Positions 41,073 through 53,971 are shown, numbered from the stretch's first letter. The stretch is 64,000 bases of DNA from Octopus sinensis (GCF_006345805.1 NC_043009.1:37262001-37326000); one strand, 5' to 3'. The notes: generated by a model not told the origin, from the letters alone. Program-made: numbers and translations.

Positions 41073-41953
41073 AAGGCGGCGAGTTGGCAGAAACGTTAGC
41101 ACGCCGGGCGAAATGCTTTGCGGTATTTCGTCTGCCGTTACGTTCTGAGTTCAAATTCTGCCGAGGTCGGCTTTGCCTTTCATCCTTTCGGGGTCGATAA
41201 ATTAAGTACCAGTTACGCGCTGGAGTCGATGTAATCGACTTAATAGCTATGTCTGTCCTTGTTTGTCCCCTCTGTGTTTAGCCCCTTGTGGGTAATAAAG
41301 AAATAGGTATTTCGTCTGCGTTACGTTGTGAGTTCAAATTCTGCCGAGGTCGACTTTGCCTTTCATCCTTTCGGGGTCGATAAATTAAGTACCAGTTAAG
41401 CACTGGGGTCGATATAATCGACATAATACCTATGTCTGTCCATGTTTGTCCCCTCTATGTTCAGCCCCTTGTGGGTAATAAAGAAATAGGTATTTCGTCT
41501 GCGTTACGTTGTGAGTTCAAATTCTGCCGAGGTCGGCTTTGCCTTTCATCCTTTCGGGGTCGATAAATTAAGTACCAGTTACGCGCTGGAGTCGATGTAA
41601 TCGACTTAATAGCTATGTCTGTCCTTGTTTGTCCCCTCTGTGTTTAGCCCCTTGTTGGTAACAAAGAAATAGGTATTTAGTCTGCCGTTATGTTCAAATT
41701 CCGCCGAGGTCGACTTTGCCTTTCATCCTTTCTGTGGCGTATGTGTTCCCCCCAGCTGGACGGGACGTCAGTCCATCGCAGCGTTACTAAAGAAACAGGA
41801 AGAGAGAGTGAGAGAAAGTTGTGGCGAAAGAGTACAACAGGGGTCACCACCACCCCCTGCCCTAGCCTCGTGGAGCTTTTAGGTATTTTCGCTCAATAAA
41901 CACACACATGTTTATTGATCCTCCGACCTAACCACTGGGCCATTGCGCCTCCA
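41073..41953. mobile_element. SINE family A tandem (about 4 units, plus strand) fused to a family C-type SINE fragment (minus strand, 41734-41953)
   Basis: Units of about 180 bp joined at aagaaata|ggtatttcgtctg. Confidence 0.88.
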
Positions 41954-42116
41954 CAGCTATTTGTAACACACACTAATATTAGTATGTACTTTATTTTTGG
42001 TGAACTTCTTTTCTTCTTCAATCCTAGTACTCTTTAGGCCAGTCCATCAATTTCCATGGCGTACAAGTGACCGAGATCACAACATTCTCACATACAGGAT
42101 GCCGGTCGCGATTTTT

Positions 42117-42940
42117 TTTCCTCACGAGAGTTCCGGACCCCAGTAATGAACTCATTTGCATACAGCCAATCAGAGCTCACCTTCACCTTGTTGTCAAGTT
42201 AACAAACACACTCTACCAAGTAAGCTCAAGACGAAGAACGGTGTTGTAAGTCGACCGATCGCCAAGTTATGCCTGATTTTAGTAATTAGATAGATTTGCA
42301 TCTATACTTATTATCGGATTTTGTTAGGGCCCCATATGGTAAAGATGTGGATGGGAGAAATGTGGGAGAGGGTGATGTGCTAGCAACCCTCTCCCCTTAC
42401 TTTTTTTTACAAAGTAAAGAACAACACAAATAATTACGCAGAGACAGCCATGGTTGAAACAAGAACAAGAACAACAAGCATTTTTAAAAGTGAAAAGAAG
42501 CATGGTCATTCCTTAACCAAGTGACCTTATCGTATCGCTTGACTGGGTGCAAATGATCAAACTTTAAACCTCTATAACTTTTTTAAAACATTTTTCTGGA
42601 AAAAATGAAATAACTCCAGCAATTCAGTTTGGGCAAATGTATTATTGTGCCAACGTCGGAGTAACCAGTGAACATCGAAGGATCAACACCAAGAAAGAAT
42701 AAATATTATTTACATATATTTATTCCTTTTTGCCTGACAGGTAGTTAGAGACAGTAGTACTTGTAGTGATAGCGAAATGTTTTTGGATAGTGACAAAAAG
42801 GTTGCTGTCTGCCAGTAGAGGGAAAAAGAGTAAGGAATGCATGGTGCTAACTGGAAAGGAAGAAAGGATAAAGGTGGCTCTGCTCTGATTGGCTGTATGC
42901 AAATGAGTTCATTACTGGGATCCGGAACTCTCGTAGGAAA
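42117..42940. mobile_element. Putative TIR element with octamer+CCAAT-containing inverted ends
   Basis: 42117-42183 and 42871-42940 are reverse complements: acgagagttccgga.cccagtaatgaactcATTTGCATacagCCAATcagagc. Confidence 0.65.
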
Positions 42941-43428
42941 GCATTTTTCGTATGCAGGTCCGTTGCAAGATTCAAGGCCTGTAATTTTGAGAGGAGGGTA
43001 CAAGTCGATTACATAGACCCCAGGACTTGACTAGTAATTTTTTTTATTAACCACGATCGAATGAAAGACACATTTGATCTCGGTGAGATTTAATCGCAAA
43101 CCTTAATGAACTGAAAGAAATACTGCTAAGCCATAAGTCCGATTCTGCCAGTTCACCGACTCTTTAAATGATTTTGTGTATAGCCAAGTACGTTAGTGTG
43201 ATACTGGTGCAAGCCATAAATTCTTTTACGAATATCATACATCTTACCCGTGCACAGGTGTTGCTTCTAAACATAGATGTTATACTACAGTTCATTAACA
43301 ACCACTAATCATAGATTTGCGCTGCTTAGGATAGATGTGTGCTGTTTTAGGTTTCACCAAATATAAACCTTGATCGGTAACTACAGGGTTTCAAAAACCT
43401 TCAGACTGACGGTACTGTTGAAAGAGGC

Positions 43429-43661
43429 AAGGCGGCGAACTGGCAGAAGCGTTAGCACGCCGGGTGAAATGCTCTGCAGTATTTCGTCTGCCGTTACGTT
43501 GTGAGTTCAAATTCCGCCGAGGTCGACTTTGCCTTTCATCCTTTCGGGGTCGATAAATTAAGCACCAGTTACGCACTGGGGTCGATGTAATCGACTTAAT
43601 ACCTATGTCTGTCCTTGTTTGTCCCCTCTATGTTTAGCCCCCTGTGGGTAATAAAGACATA
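43429..43661 (+). mobile_element. SINE family A, single full-length copy
   Basis: Flanking direct repeat ggtactgttgaaag at 43411-43424 and 43662-43675. Confidence 0.9.
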
Positions 43662-44040
43662 GGTACTGTTGAAAGCGTGCCACATGAACATAAACTTTGG
43701 TCGTATTTTGCACACTCGGCTTTATTTGCAGGTGCCAGGGAGGTCAGACTGCAAAGATCCACATTTACCTCCGTGTTGTTTGTTTTGTGTAATAGGAGCA
43801 GTCAACTGTATGGTTAGCTTTATGAAGTTGGTGTCAAGGTAACACCAAATACATTTATCAAATAGTAAAGAAGACTAGTATTTATTGAAGTCATTTCTTT
43901 CGTGTCAATCAGAAGGTGAGCTTTTCGTGCCTACATAACATTCTCAAAATGTTTTAATTAAGAAGTTTTACGTGTGTATAAACAAGAAACATTTATAATA
44001 CGTTTAAATCTAACTCCATCTATTTATCTATCTATCTATC

Positions 44041-44335
44041 TTGTGTCTGGGTAAAGTCATACAGTCTTAATGCCTTTTAATCTAACACACTCACTGTTTC
44101 AATTTCCACGAATTTTTTTTTTCCAAAATAGATGTTGAGACTCAAGATCCATTGACAAGGTTGCAAGAGCAACGAAAATTTTGGAAGAAAAAAAAATAAT
44201 AGATGAGTGGAAATTGAAATAGTGTATTAGATTATAGCCATTAAAACAGTATGGCTCTCTCCAGACACAACAAAATTTGCTTCAACACACGAATTCACAT
44301 TAAGACTTTTGCAAACCAGATACAAAAACGAAATA
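44041..44335. repeat. Foldback hairpin (44041-44270) plus conserved tail shared with 18842-18897
   Basis: ttgtgtctgg..catac..ttaatg..aatctaa..cactgtttcaatttccac pairs with gtggaaattgaaatagtg..ttagatt..cattaa..gtatg..ccagacacaa. Confidence 0.8.
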
Positions 44336-44926
44336 TCTATCTATTGATATTTATCGATATGAGAGTCGTCGCCGTCGTCGTCGTCATGTACCGGACACCT
44401 GCAGCGCATTGATGACACTAAAACATACGCCAACACATATCAAAATTTCGACACCATTAATATTCATTTTTTTGTAGAGGCATATATAAACAAATAAGCA
44501 AACATTAAATTAAAGAATAACACAGTATCTTTCGTATTTATTTTATTTTTACAAATAAGTGTGATATTGAAATATATGTGCATGTGTTTATGTATGTGCA
44601 TGTGTATGTGTATGTATGTGAGTATATAATATACATTTAAAATATGTATGTATGTGTGTGTGTGCGTATATATATTTGTGTGCGTGTGTGTCTGTGTGAC
44701 TGTGTGTCTGTGTGTGTGTGATGTACACACACTCACCCTTACATGCACACAGAGATATAGTGATAGAAGTATCTGGTGCATGTATTATATTAAAAGCTTC
44801 GGACGGAACATATCATCAATCATAAGATAAAATATTCAGAGAAATATGATTATAAATAAGCATTAGAATTATAATTTGCGATATAAAATGGAAATTATCA
44901 GCAGAGTAGCAGAATAGATGATCATA

Positions 44927-45335
44927 CGTGGTTTGATCAATATGTATCCGGACTTTTGCTATAATAATGAAACTAAAGCACGGCAAGTGAAGTCGCCTGG
45001 CACAAATCAACCTTGAATTCTGCTTTTTATTTTTTTATTTTTTTTTTTTTTGTTTCAGTCATTTGACTGCAGCCATGCTGGAGCACCACCTTTAGTCGAG
45101 CAAATCGACTCCAGGACTTATTCTTTGTAAGCCTAGTACTTATTCTATCGGTCTCTTTTGCCGAACCGCTAAGTTACGGGGACGTACACACACCAGCATT
45201 GGTTGTGAAGCGATTTTGGGGGGACAAAACACGACACACAGACATACACACACATACCACACACAAACACACCACACACCACACCACACACCAAACACCA
45301 CACAAAACACACACACCACACATATATATAATATA

Positions 45336-45366
<31 letters not shown>

Positions 45367-46131
45367 CGACGGGCGCGCACTAAATTTTAACGGTCTAGCT
45401 CACTTCCGCTGTTTACAGCAGTGCTTGAAAGGAAGGTGTGTAGAGCGTGATCGTCGCATTGACCATGGCAGAGAAAGTTGAGCAGAGAATCTGCATTAAA
45501 TTTTGCCAAAAGCTTGGCGATACCTGCTTAGAGGCCTACGCAAAGTTTTCAAAAAGTTTTCATCGTTCTCGACACAATCAAGGTGATCTTGTGCAGTTGA
45601 AACCCGAATGTGCTTTTGGTCAGCTGAAAGCAGTTTTGGCACGCGTCTCACACCCAAATCTTTAGTGATAATAGACTGAACTGAACCGTAACTAATCCTC
45701 TGCTAACTCACGGATGGTGATTCGACGATTTCCCCTCACAGCTGCACGCACACCTGCGATGTTTCTCTCAGTACTGCTGGCTGCGGGCCTCCAAAACGCT
45801 CGTCAACATCGACATTTTTCGGTCATCTTGAAAACGTCTGAACCACTGTGTGTGGCTCATAGACTCCTCTCCACACACTTTCTGCAACTTTGCGTAGGCC
45901 TCTGAGCAGGTGTCACCATGACAACTTTCTCTGTCATGATCAATGCGACAATCACACGCTACACACCTTCCTTCCAAGCACTGATGTAAACAGCGGATGT
46001 AAGGTAGAACGTTAAAACTTAGTGTGCATGCACAACAGAGTTCAAGGTCAATATGTGCGGAGCAGCTTTACTCTACGTGCTTTAGCTTCGTTACTATGGT
46101 AACAGTCCGGATACTTATTGATCAGATCGCG
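44927..46131. mobile_element. Foldback mariner derivative built from two 5' halves; SINE B inserted at about 45030-45372
   Basis: TA-flanked TIRs cgtggtttgatcaata.gtatccggact / agtccggatacttattgatcagatcgcg. The left arm encodes MAEKVEQRICIKFCQKLGDTCLEAYAK and the right arm (minus) GDTCSEAYAKLQKVCGEESMSHTQWFRRFQDDR. Confidence 0.8.
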
Positions 46132-46161
46132 TACAATCCAGGATATATGATGCAAGGTATT

Positions 46162-46206
<45 letters not shown>

Positions 46207-46642
46207 GTATATATATATATATAGTTAGAATTTACAGAAAAACAAAAGACGAAGGCAAGTGTATAAACAACAAGCAGGTGTATTAGTTTGACGCTCGGGA
46301 AGGTGAAAAGGTCTTTTACGTTTCAAGTCTACGTAGTTCAGCAGAAAGGGACACGAGGAAATAAACAAAGAGAATGAAAAAAACCTTGTGGATTTAGCGG
46401 TCAATCATATTTATATGCGCACGCACGTGCTTATTAGTAGTGTATGTATGCATATATATTATATATTATGATACAATATAGTGAGTATATGTAAGCATAT
46501 ATCAGCCGACAACTAATGAAATGTCGTTCTCTGAGTTACAAGTCCTGTTTTCCCTTTTTCCTTTCATTGTTTGCGTATTTAACTAGTTTTCGAACTTCGT
46601 GTTGTTTACACAGTTGGTGACGTCCTGTACCCTTATATGCAT

Positions 46643-46681
<39 letters not shown>

Positions 46682-46831
46682 CATATATATATACATATAT
46701 ATATACATGCATACATATATGTATGCATATATATTATATGTATATATATACACGCACACATATATACGTATACATATATATGCATACACACACATACACA
46801 CACACTATACTACCACACACACACCACCACA

Positions 46832-46868
<37 letters not shown>

Positions 46869-46887
46869 TATATATATTAATATATAT

Positions 46888-46918
<31 letters not shown>

Positions 46919-47675
46919 GTATGTATACATGTATATATATATACATATAGAGACACATGTATACATACATATATGCATACATACATGTACACATGTATAC
47001 ATGCTAACACATAATCAATGATTCAATCAATGTATGTGCATAGCTTTGTGTTCAGGTGTGTCTCTGTATATGTTTATATGTATATGTATTTCGTGTTACA
47101 CTAAGAAGCGTTGTACGGTACTAGAATTTTCGACTCGAGTCAAATATAACAATCTACTCCAAATCAATGTTAGGGTATCCGCATAAATGGAGTCTGGTCA
47201 GGCTTACTTGTACTAGCATCAAGTCGTATAAGCTGTAATAAAGAAATGAAACGAAATAGTAATATTTTTGAAGTGTTATATAATGGGTATATTTCCTATT
47301 ATATATTACGCAAACTTGAAACATACGTTTTTAATGATTTCAAAATATCACTGTTTGGTTTCACTTCACTATTGCAACTCATACATACATACATACATAT
47401 ATACATACACCACACCACACAACACACACACATATATATATATATATATAATATTATATATAATATATATATATGAATGAATGAAGGAGGTAACGAAGAT
47501 GTTAACATTCTTTCATTCATTCATATACACACCACCAAATTTCTACACAAGAACCCGGAGCTTCTACCCTTGACAGGTCGCTTCAACCCTGTTTTCTGAC
47601 GTGGATTTGGTACCCAGCTTTCGGTTAAACGAATTTTCCATGCTGACGATAAACATAGGATAATTCATTCACCTA

Positions 47676-47777
<102 letters not shown>

Positions 47778-48232
47778 TATATGGAACAATTTTTTGAAAA
47801 ACGTAGCGTTGAAGAAGAAAAAAGCAACTTTCGAGTTTAAACTCTATTATTGAATATTTTTCATATTTTCTTATTAATCATTTGGAACAAATCCGTTAAT
47901 CTTACCATCTTCTTAGCACAATCGTCTAAATAATGATAGTAGTGCATTATTGTTGCGTTTTTTTCCTCAGGAGACGTGAATTGTAACAATTATATTGTAA
48001 CTAATAGCAAAATATATAATAAAAACCAATACACATGAAAGTAACCAAAGTAAACAATTTGAAATAAGGTGATGATTATTTTCTTTGTTCCATGATCCCT
48101 TGCTGTCATAATGAGACGCTGTAATCATTTCATAATGAGATGTATGACAATTATAGACTTAAACTATGATATATTTAGAACAGTTATGATTCCGTCTCCT
48201 AAAACAGTTTCAAAACTTCTGAAATCTAGCTC

Positions 48233-48271
<39 letters not shown>

Positions 48272-48278
<7 letters not shown>

Positions 48279-48416
48279 ATTAGAGATAAAACCACCACTA
48301 TTAGGCAAATCAAAAAGTGAAAACATAAGCCAATACATAAAATTAATTTTATGTATTGGCTTATGTTTTTTCACTGTTTGATTCGCCTAATAGTGGTTTT
48401 ATCTCTAATTTAATAT
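48272..48416. repeat. ~145-bp spacerless palindrome between (TA)n tracts
   Basis: Centre ..catAAAATT|AATTTTatg.. at 48344/48345. Confidence 0.9.
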
Positions 48417-48525
48417 AATATAATATAATATATTTATACTATAAAATGAATTTAATCCTAAATCTAATTTTTCCCTGTAAGTTTTGGATTTATTCCCTAA
48501 TATTATTATATATATATATATATAG

Positions 48526-48559
<34 letters not shown>

Positions 48560-50435
48560 TATATAAACATATATATATATACATACACACACATACATAA
48601 TTATATATATATTTATATATATATATATATATAGTATATCACAGTATAGACCAGACTATATCAAATATTGTTATACACCGCTAGTCACACATACGCTTTC
48701 GCATTGTTTTTAGCTTTCAAATGTCACTCTCTGGTTAGGCGAGCAGGGCAATACACACACACACATACACATGCATATGTATGTATATGTGTGTGTGTAT
48801 GTATGTATGTATGTATGTATGTATGTATGTATGTATGTATGTATGTATTATATATGCAAGCGAGAAACAGAAAGAGTGTAATTACAATAAGCGCAAGTTT
48901 ATATAATTTGTCCGTACGTACGTTTCAACATTGTGTTTATATGGAACTCAGCATTGGATGTTCCCAGTGCAATACATACATGTGTGTCCATTGTTCCTTT
49001 CTGTTATGGAACTGAGTTGTATTTTGTCATTCATCGAGTTTTGACCGGTTATGATTGCGCGAAAACAAATTTGTTGGTTTGACTATATGTATAAGTTTTG
49101 TGTACAGCTCCAGAGAGTAAGGTACTGATGCGTCTCAGAGTCGCTACATCTTTTGGTGCAAAAAATTGAAAATGTTTGCCCTTGACAGTCGAACTGTAAA
49201 ACAGTGTGTCAAATAATGCATTAAATATTCAAAGAAGTTTCCAGTACTTCGTACAACAAGGTGGAATTTTAGAATTAAGATACCAGAATTGACCAGTAAT
49301 CTGTAACTAATTAATAACAGAAGTAAAACAACTGTTATTCATGTTGAACCTAATATTCAATGTTAACATTGCAATACTCCAAAAAAATGAAACTTACGAA
49401 TGATGGCTTATTTATATTCCTTCCCTTATTTCAAGTTAACTTCAAATAGGGCAGAACCAATTGGGTAAAAAGCTGTGACATAATGTGATTATGTGATATT
49501 AACTCGAATTTTGTAGTAAGCGACTAGTACGGGTTCCTACCGTGAGCGATTCTCTTTAAAAACTGTTCTAAACGTCGTTTGAGCAATGTTGATGGAATAT
49601 TCTCAACATTGTACAAAGAATGTAGTGCTTACGGTTGTATTGGAGAGGATACCGTACGCGCTTTATAAGGCTTATCTCAGTAACCAAGGCTTGTCGTGTA
49701 ATGTATATTTTTTGTAGTCTATCTCTTGCGTACTTCGGTTCAAATAGAAATTTTTTTGGCTGCGGGAGGACATAGTGAGTAACAGTAATCTGTTTGAAAT
49801 TGTGAAAATATTGAAAATGGAAGGATTATGTTGTTTTGTTTAGTGGACCAGAAAGTGTGTGTGTGTGTTCGCGTTCATGTGAGTACGTATATGTCTGTTT
49901 ATACATATACTCATACATATATATATATGCACTGATATATGTACAAATATGCACACATTTACACACACACACACATAAACATATATACATGCACATACGT
50001 ACGAGTATAACCAGCCGAAATTGCAAATATAATCTGGAACTCGACTGAGGAAAGAAAACTCCGAATGACCTGTCCTTGTTTTCTTTGTAATGGATGTTTT
50101 GCGTTCTTGTCCCATTTTGTACTACATTATACATATATATATATATAAAAGTATAAGGGATACAACTGGTTAGCGCCACATGCTAGAAGAAGACGCCTAA
50201 TGGCTCTAAAACTATCTTATTTATCACAAAAACACAGGCTGAAAGCGAGGGAATGTACAAAAGAAATTTTATAAAAAAGGTTAGCCAGAGATCGATTTCT
50301 GGTTTAGGTATGACATAACCGAGTACATAATTATAAGCATTTATACATACCATACGAACACAATGTATCCACAGTGCATATACAAACGTTCACATTTATA
50401 TGCAATTGAATCTAGTACGTTCATCTGACCCACGT

Positions 50436-50475
<40 letters not shown>

Positions 50476-50504
50476 TATATAATATATATTAGATATTATA
50501 TACT

Positions 50505-50722
50505 CTTACTCTTTTACTCTTTTACTTGTTTCAGTCATTTGACTGCGACCATGCTGGAGCACCGCCTTCAGTCGAGCAAATCGACCCCGAGACTATTCTT
50601 TTGTAAGCCCATACTTATTCTATCGGTCTCTTTTGCCGAACCGCAAGTAACGGGGACAATAAACACACCAGCATCGGTTGTCAAGCAATGCTAGGGGGAC
50701 AAACACCGACACACAAACACAT

Positions 50723-50755
<33 letters not shown>

Positions 50756-51080
50756 CATATACGACAGGCTTCTTTCAGTTTCCGTCTACCAAATCCACTC
50801 ACAAGGCATTGGTCGGCCCGGGGCTATAGCAGAAGTCAGTCATCTGACTGCGGCCACGCTGGAGTACCGCCTTTAGTCGAGCAAATCGACCCCAGGACTT
50901 ATTCTTTGTAAGCCTAGTACTTATTCTATCGGTCTCTTTTGCCGAACCGCTAAGTTACGGGGACGTAAACACATACAAGCTATAGTAGAAGACACTTGCC
51001 CAAGGTGCCACGCAGTGAGACTGAACCCGGAACCATGTGGTTTGCAAGCAAGCTACTTACCACACAGCCACTCCTGCGCA
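50505..51080 (-). mobile_element. SINE family B, nested/duplicated copies
   Basis: Two 3' tails and one head. Confidence 0.88.
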
Positions 51081-52514
51081 TATACACATATATACATTTC
51101 AATACTTATTTCAATATACACATAAAATTTAAAATTAAATCTGCCTCTGTGTATGAATGAATATGTGTGTTTGAGTATGTGTATGTGAGTGAATCAGAAT
51201 GTGCGTGTGCCTGTGTATGTGTGAGTCGGTATCTCTATTTATTGTATGCATGTGTATGTTTGAGTGAGTCAGTCAATGTGTTTGTACGTGAGTGTGAGTG
51301 TGAGTGCACACGAGTCTGTACGTGTGTGCGCGCGCATGTTTGTATCTGTGTGTGCGCATTTGTGTGCACAAGGGTGTGCACATGCGTATGCGTATGCATG
51401 CGTGCACGCGTGTGTGTCTGTGTGTGTGTGTGTTAATATTACTGTAACTCTGCCTTCATTAAATAGGATTAGGGTATAGCAATACTGATCGCAATCATGA
51501 ATTTTGTTAAAATATTGCTTTCGATACGATACCGAGATTACCTTCCTGTTTTCTTTTTATCTATCTTCCTATCGGAAACCAATGCATATTAGTTCATAAA
51601 TTGTATAAATGAGCAATAACTGAATCTAATTATGGAACTAAAATCATACCGCAAAATATAACACGGCACAGCTTGCACAGCGATTTCTCTAGACCAGATC
51701 TTATCATTGTAATTCCATATCATGCTTCACTGCATTTCATTTCACCAACATACTACGCTCTATTATGCCTCCCATATTAAACCAGAATTTCCTATACCAC
51801 AATAACCATATTTCGCATACCGTACCATTCTGTCATGCCATACACACATTGCCATAACCTCACCTTACCGTGCCTTATTGACTATACCATCCTTGCCCAT
51901 TCCCCATTTATTATACTTCGTTTCCTCAAAGTTCCATTTTCCCATATTATATTTTATCTTAATTTATCATACCTCGTTTTGTCATAGTTTATTTGCTACA
52001 CCACGCTTTATCCCACTTTAATGTATATGCTTATTTATATATATATAACTCCCTCTCCATATAAACATGACTGTGTATATGTGTGTGTGTGTATGTGTGT
52101 TTGTGTGTGTGTATGTGTGTGTGAATATATATACACATGCATGCGCAAGTATATGTGCACTTACCTTATCTCATTTACTCCCTCTCACTCTACCTCACTT
52201 TACTGAATCACTCCTGACCGTATCTTATATCAGTATATCACACTTAACTATACTCATTTTACTATATCACACTTCACCTTATCTCATTTTACTACATAAC
52301 ACTTCACCGTACCTCATTTTATCATATCACACTTCAATTTATCTCATTTTTGTTTTTCTGTAGCTCAGTTCCCTACAAAATCACTGCACAGGGTACCAAC
52401 CACACCTTTACCTCACAGACACTCACCCATACAACCGGTCATTCTAGCACACATTACTTCACTCTGCCACCAACCCTTTCACTCACAACTCTATCGCTCA
52501 CCTAATCCTACCAA

Positions 52515-52593
52515 TCAGCTTACCTTTAATGCTAACTTCATTCGTTGACTCAGCTTACCTTTAATGCTAACTTCATTCGTTGACTCAGCTTAC
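52515..52593. repeat. 35-bp tandem duplication; a 30-bp minisatellite lies nearby at 52240-52350
   Basis: tcagcttacctttaatgctaacttcattcgttgac x2 plus a partial unit. Confidence 0.9.
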
Positions 52594-53045
52594 TTTACAC
52601 CTCATTCAACTGCACACCTCACTCTATCATTACGCTCACACTTCTGCGCATTCAAGCTTATCTCACCACATTCTACGAGCATTAAAATCTAAAATTTATT
52701 TCGGCCGACTTAAACCACCCATTTTATGGAATGAGACGATAGGGCGCTGCTGTTTGGACGCTGGTGATTTGGCACGGCAGAATGGACATTCAAGCTCTTT
52801 TAGTGACAGTACAATTTGGCCCTGAAGGTAAACGCGCACACACACACACAAACACATACGCATTAAATATACATTTACAAATAGAGAGAGTGAGAGAGAC
52901 GTTACATATACATACAAGTATAACAAGATGTTCACATATAAACAGAGAGAGAGAAAGAGGTGGAAGAGAGCGATGGAAACATGAAAATGGAAGAAACAGT
53001 AACATGTCTGATGTTAAATAAGTCAACGTCGAATTAGCGAAGCTT

Positions 53046-53801
53046 AAAAGGCGGCGCCAAAACGTTTCAACCCTACCCCCATTTTAATTACTTTGTTAAA
53101 AACACCAAATGAACAACCACTCGTCATGACATATCAGTCATCAATCATCAATCATACCCCTAGATAATATGTCCAGTAAATGAAGCAAAATAATAGAAAT
53201 ATCAGCGGAAATATAATTCTGGAGTATTTGTCCACTTTTCTTGCATGCTCCTTGCCGTTAGGATCAATTTGGTAAGATATGATAGCAGAGTCAGTCTGCG
53301 AGTATCCATTTGACTGCAAAAAAAGAAAAGAGAAGAAAAGAGAAAAAAGAAAAGTCCAAGTCCTGATCCCTAGAGATCTCATAGAAGGTAAAATAAGGAA
53401 ATAAATCTCAAGGTTCTACGTTAATGTATGGAAAGATCATAGCGAACAAAACATGACATTAGTGCTAAACAAGAATAACAACGTTAACGATGCCAAAATC
53501 TTCTAATTTTCCGATACATTAACTCAAATGTACATTTTATTTCAATATTCATGACTATGCTACCATTCGATCGGTGTGATTTTTCGATCGATTATCAGTC
53601 ATCGGGTGTCTTATTCCGAGCTTAGTGAATGAGAACATTATTATCCATAGTTTAGAAATAATGGTTTTTCATTCATGTTAATATTCAGTCTGAGACCATG
53701 TAACTTATACACAACCAGGAATAAGATACCCGCTGACGATCGCAGGTATATATAAAGTAATTAAAATGGGGTGGAGTTGAAACGTTTTGGCGCCGCCTTT
53801 T
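53046..53801. repeat. ~49-bp inverted repeat (53046-53094 / 53754-53801) bracketing the terminal exon, with inner hairpin 53598-53736
   Basis: aaaaggcggcgccaaaacgtttcaac..ccccattttaattacttt and its reverse complement. Confidence 0.92.
53152..53313 (-). CDS. Cys-loop ligand-gated anion channel subunit, terminal exon with M4 and stop codon
   Basis: Long pyrimidine tract plus tgcag acceptor, phase 0 matching the previous donor. Encodes SNGYSQTDSAIISYQIDPNGKEHARKVDKYSRIIFPLIFLLFCFIYWTYYLGV*, matching the GlyR-type M4 pattern AKKIDKISR..FP..F..FN.FYW. Confidence 0.93.
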   Translation of the reverse strand, partial: SNGYSQTDSAIISYQIDPNGKEHARKVDKYSRIIFPLIFLLFCFIYWTYYLGV

Positions 53802-53971
53802 TAGTTGCCTGACACTCTTTAGTAATTCATTTTGATTATTCAATTTTAATCGATGATATATACCTTTTCTTGATAGGCCGTTCTATATATTTGCCGCGAT
53901 ACACCTCAACTCGTAATCGGACCACGGTAGTGAACTCCCGAAATGGCCATAATTCTTGTGGTAATTCTTGT

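Noticed and set aside
41073-41731. Regularly spaced repeats superficially like a CRISPR array
   Set aside because: Whole ~180-bp units repeat with no unique spacers, there are no cas genes, and the context is a eukaryotic SINE multimer.
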